Of a stretch of 32,000 bases of DNA, positions 27,287 to 32,000 are shown piece by piece. Origin of the DNA: Mycolicibacterium smegmatis (GTDB taxonomy: Bacteria > Actinomycetota > Actinomycetes > Mycobacteriales > Mycobacteriaceae); NCBI RefSeq assembly GCF_001457595.1, contig NZ_LN831039.1, forward strand, positions 570,001 through 602,000, given 5' to 3'. The translations under genes were made by a program, and so were the position numbers. The notes under the pieces were generated by a model. It saw only the letters and a program-made list of their open reading frames with translations. It had not been told where the DNA came from and did not search any database. How positions within the stretch are numbered: position 1 is the first letter of the stretch; each line of letters opens with the position of its first letter.

Positions 27287-27823
27287 CTAGGTGCTCGAAA
27301 GATGCTGTGCGTCAGTTGTATTCGGCGTGTCGTGGGCGACCTGGGTGCGCAGCCCGGGGTGGTCGAGCTGGTACACCGGTTCGTGCCTCACCCGGTCGCG
27401 CAGTGGGGTGAGTGCTGCATGGGCGGGCATGCGGTCAGAGACCAGCGCGGCCGCGGCGGCCGAGATCAGGGTCTGGCCTCCACGAGCGATATCGCGCAGG
27501 CGCGCGGCGCCGTCCGAGTCGACCGAGTCGGTGTGCTCGACGGTGTGCACTCCGATGCACAACGCGAAGGGTTCCAGCGGGGCAAGCTGCAGATCCAGTG
27601 CGCACGTCACGGCATCGGAGGCACGGTCGAACGCGACCACGAAGCTGTCTGAGGCATCGACCTGCACCACGCCCTCATTGAGTGCGGTCAGATGAGACAT
27701 CGATGCGCGCAACCAGGGGATCGCCGCGATGGTTTGATCAAGCTCGGATTGCCACAGTTCTTCGGCTCGATCGACGCGCGCCATGAGCAACGTCTTGGTT
27801 CCGGTTGACAGCTTCTCGGTCAC
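27287..27823 (-). CDS. Stand-alone degenerate class III adenylate/guanylate cyclase homology domain
   Basis: 178 aa; GVVQVDASDSFVVAFDRASDAVTCALDLQ, GAARLRDIARGGQTLISAAAAALV, VYQLDHPGL align by eye to cyclase domains; GTG start behind GGAG. Confidence 0.65.
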   Translation of the reverse strand: MTEKLSTGTKTLLMARVDRAEELWQSELDQTIAAIPWLRASMSHLTALNEGVVQVDASDSFVVAFDRASDAVTCALDLQLAPLEPFALCIGVHTVEHTDSVDSDGAARLRDIARGGQTLISAAAAALVSDRMPAHAALTPLRDRVRHEPVYQLDHPGLRTQVAHDTPNTTDAQHLSST

Positions 27824-28077
27824 ACATCGCTCCAGTCAGTGTCGTACGATCCATCGGTTCAGAACGCACGCTGCAGATATCAGCGTAACCACCTGTTTCT
27901 GGGTGTGCCGCCGATGATTCACCTGGTAGCCGATCCGTCAAGCGCCGTGAGAAATAGTCCGTTGCTGAGGTCGCGGTTTCGCGAACATGGCGGGTTGAAC
28001 GCGCATCAGCCGGCGAGGAGTTGATTAGCTGGTTCACTATGCCCGTCGTAGCTCGAGATTCATGTTGGGACGGGGAA

Positions 28078-28596
28078 TCAGCCGGGAGGCAGAGGATCGA
28101 GGCGATGCACACCTCCAGTGGACGGCTGATCTTCGCGCCACTGGTACCGAACTGTCCGATGAGTGCCGTCTGCGCAGGCATTGCAACTACCGGGAATCTT
28201 GTACCTGAGAGACACGGTGTCGTCACGGGTGCCGGAAGCATCGAACGACGTGAAACCCCGAGGAGTCGGCGTCGCCGGGCCCACACATGCACCACGATGG
28301 AACAGCATTGCCACACTCGGCGAACTACCCGTCGCGCGGTCGATCGGCGCGATGACAACGGATAGCGTCGCGCAGGGGTCGAAGTTGCCTTCGAACGAGC
28401 CGGGGTCCCGACTCCACTCGGCGTCCGGAAACGGAGACGGTTGCGCGGCGAGGGCCGACTGAATCACCGGCGACGCAAGGTCTACACCGCAGCTGTCCTG
28501 CGGAGTCGCATGCGCTGGACTCGGAAAACCCAAACTGGCCAGTGCGAGAACCGCACTGGCGCCAGAAATCAAATAGCGGAAGGAGTTTGTCGGCAT
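28078..28596 (-). CDS. LppP/LprE-like secreted protein (no lipobox)
   Basis: Signal peptide MPTNSFRYLISGASAVLALASLGFPSPAHA; FDPCATLSVVIAPIDRATGSSPSVAMLFHRGACVG...TVRYQW; C-terminal LDPLPP. Confidence 0.72.
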   Translation of the reverse strand: MPTNSFRYLISGASAVLALASLGFPSPAHATPQDSCGVDLASPVIQSALAAQPSPFPDAEWSRDPGSFEGNFDPCATLSVVIAPIDRATGSSPSVAMLFHRGACVGPATPTPRGFTSFDASGTRDDTVSLRYKIPGSCNACADGTHRTVRYQWREDQPSTGGVHRLDPLPPG

Positions 28597-28631
28597 GTCA
28601 CTTGAACATAAGCCATACCGAAGGCAACCGC

Positions 28632-28979
28632 CTATCGCAGCTGGCGCGCAGAAAGGCCAGGAACCAGTTCTTCGAGCATCAGATCAGCTACCGGGCTGTC
28701 GGTCAGGGGTTTGAGGACCACCCCGTCGGCGATACCGAGGCGTTGCACGTCAGCGATTAGTCCGGCTAGCCCGCGCGGAGTGCCGACATAGCGAAGCCCG
28801 CCGCGCTTCGGCGCATTCTCGAGCGCGTCGAACGCGGACCGCGTGTCGCGGTCGATCAGCACTTCGATGTCGAGCAATATCGGAATGGTCGGGCTTGCGG
28901 CCCGGTGCCGTGCGCTGCGGCGCTGAGCATCCATCAGGTCGGTCGCGGTGATTCGAAATCCATCAGCTACGTCGTTCAC
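28632..28979 (-). CDS. Small protein resembling the C-terminal module of LLM flavin monooxygenases
   Basis: 115 aa from GTG 28979 behind AAGGAG; RYVGTPRGLAGLIADVQRLGIADGVVLKP...ADLMLEELVPGLSARQLR parallels the C-terminus of the adjacent LLM protein. Confidence 0.62.
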   Translation of the reverse strand: MNDVADGFRITATDLMDAQRRSARHRAASPTIPILLDIEVLIDRDTRSAFDALENAPKRGGLRYVGTPRGLAGLIADVQRLGIADGVVLKPLTDSPVADLMLEELVPGLSARQLR

Positions 28980-28998
28980 GATGACTCCTTGTCGGAAT

Positions 28999-30042
28999 TC
29001 ATTGGAACGCTGGAACGACCTCTTTGATGAAGATTTCCAGCGACTTTCGCTTCTCGTCGTGCGGCAGGCTGTTGTCGCACCAGAAGCTGAACTCATCGAC
29101 ACCTAGTTCGGCGTAGAACCGCAGCCGCTCGATGACTTCCTCAGGCGTACCGATCATTGCCGTGCGGTGCAACGATTCGAGTTCGAATTCGGGACGCTCG
29201 GAGAACTTGGATTCCGGACTGGGAGCCAGGAATCCGTCCACCGGAGTGGTCTTGTTGCCGAACCAGGCATCGAACGTGCGGTAGAACTTCGATATCGCCG
29301 CCGCGGCCGGACGCCATCCATCGGGATCTTCGGGCGCATGAATATGAGTGTGACGCAACACCATCAGCTTCGGACGAGGTACCTCGGGGTGGTTCCCGAC
29401 CGCAGTATCGAATTTGCGCTTGAGATCGACCACCTCTGTGTCGCCCTTCATCAAGGGCGTGACCATCACGTTGCAGCCCTCGGTGACAGCGAAATCGTGA
29501 GAATCGGGATCGCGCGCGGCGATCCACATCGGCGGCGTCGGTTGCTGAATCGGTTTCGGCACACTCGTTGCCGTGGGGAACTGCCAGATCTCGCCATCGT
29601 GGGCATAGTCGCCCTGCCAGAGTTTGCGTACTGCGGGCACCAGCTCACGCAGGTGCTTGCCGCCGTCGGTGGCCGACAGGCCAGGAGCCATCCGGTCGAA
29701 CTCGATCTGGTACGCACCACGTGCCAGCCCGACCTCCATGCGACCGTTGCTGATCACGTCGAGCAGCGCACACTCACCGGCAGCGCGGATCGGATTCCAG
29801 AACGGTGCAATGATGGTGCCTGCGCCGAGACGGATCGTGGTGGTTCGCGCGGCCAGGTAGGCCAGCAACGGCATCGGGCTTGGTGAGATCGTGTACTCCA
29901 TGGCATGGTGCTCGCCGATCCACACCGTCGAAAAGCCGCCTGCTTCTGCCATCAGTGCCAGTTCGGTGAGATTCTCGAACAGTTGCCGGTGAGTGACCGA
30001 CTTGTCCCAGCGTTCCATGTGGGCGAACAACGAAAACTTCAT
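28999..30042 (-). CDS. LLM-class flavin-dependent oxidoreductase (bacterial luciferase-like monooxygenase)
   Basis: 347 aa: FSTVWIGEHHAMEYTISPSPMPLLAYLAARTTTIRLGAGTIIAPFWNPIRAAGECALLDVISNGRMEVGLARG. Confidence 0.92.
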   Translation of the reverse strand: MKFSLFAHMERWDKSVTHRQLFENLTELALMAEAGGFSTVWIGEHHAMEYTISPSPMPLLAYLAARTTTIRLGAGTIIAPFWNPIRAAGECALLDVISNGRMEVGLARGAYQIEFDRMAPGLSATDGGKHLRELVPAVRKLWQGDYAHDGEIWQFPTATSVPKPIQQPTPPMWIAARDPDSHDFAVTEGCNVMVTPLMKGDTEVVDLKRKFDTAVGNHPEVPRPKLMVLRHTHIHAPEDPDGWRPAAAAISKFYRTFDAWFGNKTTPVDGFLAPSPESKFSERPEFELESLHRTAMIGTPEEVIERLRFYAELGVDEFSFWCDNSLPHDEKRKSLEIFIKEVVPAFQ

Positions 30043-30239
30043 GACTGCTGGTCCTTCATCTCCGCGATGGTGACATCACCGGTGGTCCAATGGGTTTGGG
30101 GAACTTCGTGGACGATGACACGAATATGCTGCGGATGGGTGTCCACCGTTCTCAGCACCGCTGCGTGTACTTCGTGCATCATGGCGCGGATCTGATCAGG
30201 TGAACGACCCGCGGCAAGAGTGACCTGGATTAGTGGCAT
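30039..30239 (-). CDS. 4-oxalocrotonate tautomerase-family protein
   Basis: 66 aa beginning MPLIQVTLAAGRSPDQIRAMMHEVHAAV with catalytic Pro1 after Met removal; overlaps the LLM start as ATGA. Confidence 0.88.
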   Translation of the reverse strand: MPLIQVTLAAGRSPDQIRAMMHEVHAAVLRTVDTHPQHIRVIVHEVPQTHWTTGDVTIAEMKDQQS

Positions 30240-30240
30240 C

Positions 30241-31728
30241 TCAGCTCCGCATCACGAACGGGTCGGGGACTGGGCCCTCGTCGGTGTTGATCCACACGCT
30301 CTTCAGGCGCGTGTATTCCTTGATGGTCTCGGTGCCGTGCTCGACTCCTACCCCGCTGCTCTTGAACCCCTGTCGCGGCGACATCGGCGACATCGCACGG
30401 TAGGTGTTGACCCAAACGGTCCCGGCGTCCAGGTGTGCGGCCATTCGGTGCGCACGAGCGAGATTCGACGTCCACACGCCGGCGGCGAGTCCGTACCGGG
30501 TGTCGTTGGCCAGCGCCACCACTTCGTCCTCGGTGTCGAACGGCATGATCGCGGCGACCGGGCCAAAGATTTCTTCGCGGACGACTTGCATCTGGTTGTG
30601 AACGTCGATGAGCACCGTGGGTTCGTAAAAGAAGCCACCGAGACCGGCGTCGGTGGCCTTGCCGCCGGTGAGCACACGTGCGCCCTCGGAACGGCCGAGG
30701 TCGACGTAGGACGCCACCTTGTTTCGCTGGTCTTCGAAGGCGAGCGGCCCGAGTTCGGTGTCATCGAGCAGCGGGTCTCCCATGCGGATGCTGCCGGCGC
30801 GGTCCGCGACACGTTCGAGCAGTTCGTCATAGATCGCCCGCTGGGCGAACACACGGCTACCTGCTATGCAGGTCTGGCCCGCCGCGGCGAAGATACCCGC
30901 CACCACACCGGTGGCGGCGTTGGCGACGTTGGCGTCGTCGAACACGATGTTGGGCGATTTGCCGCCGAGCTCCAGTGTGGATCCGATGAACCGGCCTGCC
31001 GCGGCCGAGGCGATGCTGGCTCCGGTCGCGGTGCTGCCTGTGAACGAGATCTTCGCCAGCACAGGGTGATCCACGAGCGCCTGGCCGGCCTCCGCACCGA
31101 AGCCGGTGACCACGTTCACCGCCCCGGGGGGAAAGCCTGCTTCGATCACGAGTTCTGCGAGGGTCAGCACGGTTGCCGAGGTGTGCTCAGATGGCTTGAC
31201 CACGACAGTGTTTCCTGCACACAACGCCGGTGCCAGCTTGCTGGTGGTGAGCGTCAACGGCGAATTCCACGGGGTGATGGCGCCGACCACGCCCAGCGGC
31301 TCACGCATCGTGTAGTTGAGCACCCGCCGATCCGAGGTCGGGATGACATCACCCTGGATCTTGTCGGCAAGACCGGCGTAATAGTAGTAATACTCGGGCA
31401 GAGTGGCGAGTTGGCCCCGCATCTCGCGCAGCAGCTTGCCGTTGTCGAGAGATTCGGAACGGGCGAGTTCCTCGGCGTGCTCTCCGACGAGGTCGCCGAG
31501 ACGACGTAGCAGACGGCCCCGCTTGGTCTGGCTGAGGTCACGCCACCGAGGGTCGTTGAATGCCGCGGCGGCCGCGGTGACCGCAGCGTCCACGTCGGCG
31601 GCGTTGCCGCGAGCGGCCCGGTAGAGCACCTCACGGGTGGCAGGGTTGGTGCTCTCGAAATGCTCGCCTGACGACGGCGCGACGGGCTTGCCGTCGATGA
31701 AGTGCTGCAAAGTGCGCAGATCAGACAT
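30241..31728 (-). CDS. NAD(P)-dependent aldehyde dehydrogenase (hydroxymuconic-semialdehyde/betaine-aldehyde type)
   Basis: LELGGKSPNIVFDDAN, AGQTCIAGSRVF, EEIFGPVAAIMPF, TYRAMSPMSPRQGFKSSGVGVEHG. Confidence 0.95.
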   Translation of the reverse strand: MSDLRTLQHFIDGKPVAPSSGEHFESTNPATREVLYRAARGNAADVDAAVTAAAAAFNDPRWRDLSQTKRGRLLRRLGDLVGEHAEELARSESLDNGKLLREMRGQLATLPEYYYYYAGLADKIQGDVIPTSDRRVLNYTMREPLGVVGAITPWNSPLTLTTSKLAPALCAGNTVVVKPSEHTSATVLTLAELVIEAGFPPGAVNVVTGFGAEAGQALVDHPVLAKISFTGSTATGASIASAAAGRFIGSTLELGGKSPNIVFDDANVANAATGVVAGIFAAAGQTCIAGSRVFAQRAIYDELLERVADRAGSIRMGDPLLDDTELGPLAFEDQRNKVASYVDLGRSEGARVLTGGKATDAGLGGFFYEPTVLIDVHNQMQVVREEIFGPVAAIMPFDTEDEVVALANDTRYGLAAGVWTSNLARAHRMAAHLDAGTVWVNTYRAMSPMSPRQGFKSSGVGVEHGTETIKEYTRLKSVWINTDEGPVPDPFVMRS

Positions 31729-32000
31729 GGATGTCGCCTCCTATGACTGTGCCGAGGAATGCGGTGATGGTGTCGGCTAGTTCACGTGGACACTGAACCG
31801 GAAGCATGTGGCGCGCACCGGGAATGATGTGCATGCGGCAGTGTGGTATCGCCGTGGCGAGCCGCCGCGACATCTCCGGTGTCGAGCCGGGATCGTCCGA
31901 ACCGGTTACCGCCAGGGCGGGAACGGTTATGCGTTCGAGAAGTGGTGCGATCTCGGCATCGGCGGTGGCGAACACCCGATAGCAGTTCAGGAAGCTGTCC
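31721..32000 (-). CDS. Alpha/beta-hydrolase, C-terminal part (5' end outside window)
   Basis: Frame is open to the right edge: ...DSFLNCYRVFATADAEIAPLLERITVPALAVTGSDDPGSTPEMSRRLATAIPHCRMHIIPGARHMLPVQCPRELADTITAFL. Confidence 0.85.
   Translation of the reverse strand, partial: DSFLNCYRVFATADAEIAPLLERITVPALAVTGSDDPGSTPEMSRRLATAIPHCRMHIIPGARHMLPVQCPRELADTITAFLGTVIGGDIHV

Noticed and set aside
27738-28358. 206-aa minus-strand ORF spanning the 27824-28077 gap
   Set aside because: Ser/Arg-rich with no domain; overlaps two better-supported genes in different frames.
30220-31509. 429-aa plus-strand ORF opposite ALDH
   Set aside because: Shadow ORF; the minus strand encodes an unmistakable aldehyde dehydrogenase.
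1-32000. Search for CRISPR arrays, restriction-modification, toxin-antitoxin, BGC or transposon signatures
   Set aside because: No regularly spaced repeats, transposases, integrases, tRNA genes, NRPS/PKS or known defence proteins were seen. The amidase alone is not evidence of a prophage.

Overview
This 32 kb window is GC-rich actinobacterial chromosome. It is very probably Mycolicibacterium smegmatis or a close relative: the porin at 6611-7258 matches the MspA family as I recall it and carries the Pro-Ala replacement typical of MspB. Layout from left to right: the end of a DMT-type permease, a GH4 glycosidase and a complete carbohydrate ABC transporter (binding lipoprotein, two permeases, MalK/UgpC-like ATPase); a 36-aa small ORF candidate and mspB; an unknown membrane protein; an SDR plus XRE/MmyB-like regulator; a plus-strand oxidoreductase group (GMC, SDR, F420-type LLM) convergent with pknK; an SDR; a TetR plus acyl-CoA dehydrogenase pair; a phage-endolysin-like amidase; a GntR plus MFS pair; PfpI-like, DUF5313-like and MarR/OhrR-like genes; a second Crp-type regulator; a PaiB-like protein; a zinc-finger protein coupled to a PAS-ANTAR protein; a degenerate class III cyclase domain; an LppP/LprE-like secreted protein; and a compact minus-strand catabolic operon (alpha/beta hydrolase, ALDH, tautomerase, LLM monooxygenase, small LLM-C-terminus-like protein) running off the right edge. 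I saw no CRISPR array, rRNA, tRNA, transposase or recognisable defence island. The strongest less obvious signals are paired palindromic operators (10542-10559 and 12231-12258), near-perfect palindromes at the starts of the TetR and GntR genes, a Crp-like site upstream of the crp paralogue, a 12-bp-arm inverted repeat at 18428-18474, the free-standing LLM C-terminal-like module in the catabolic operon, the stand-alone pseudo-cyclase, and the zinc-finger/ANTAR coupled pair.
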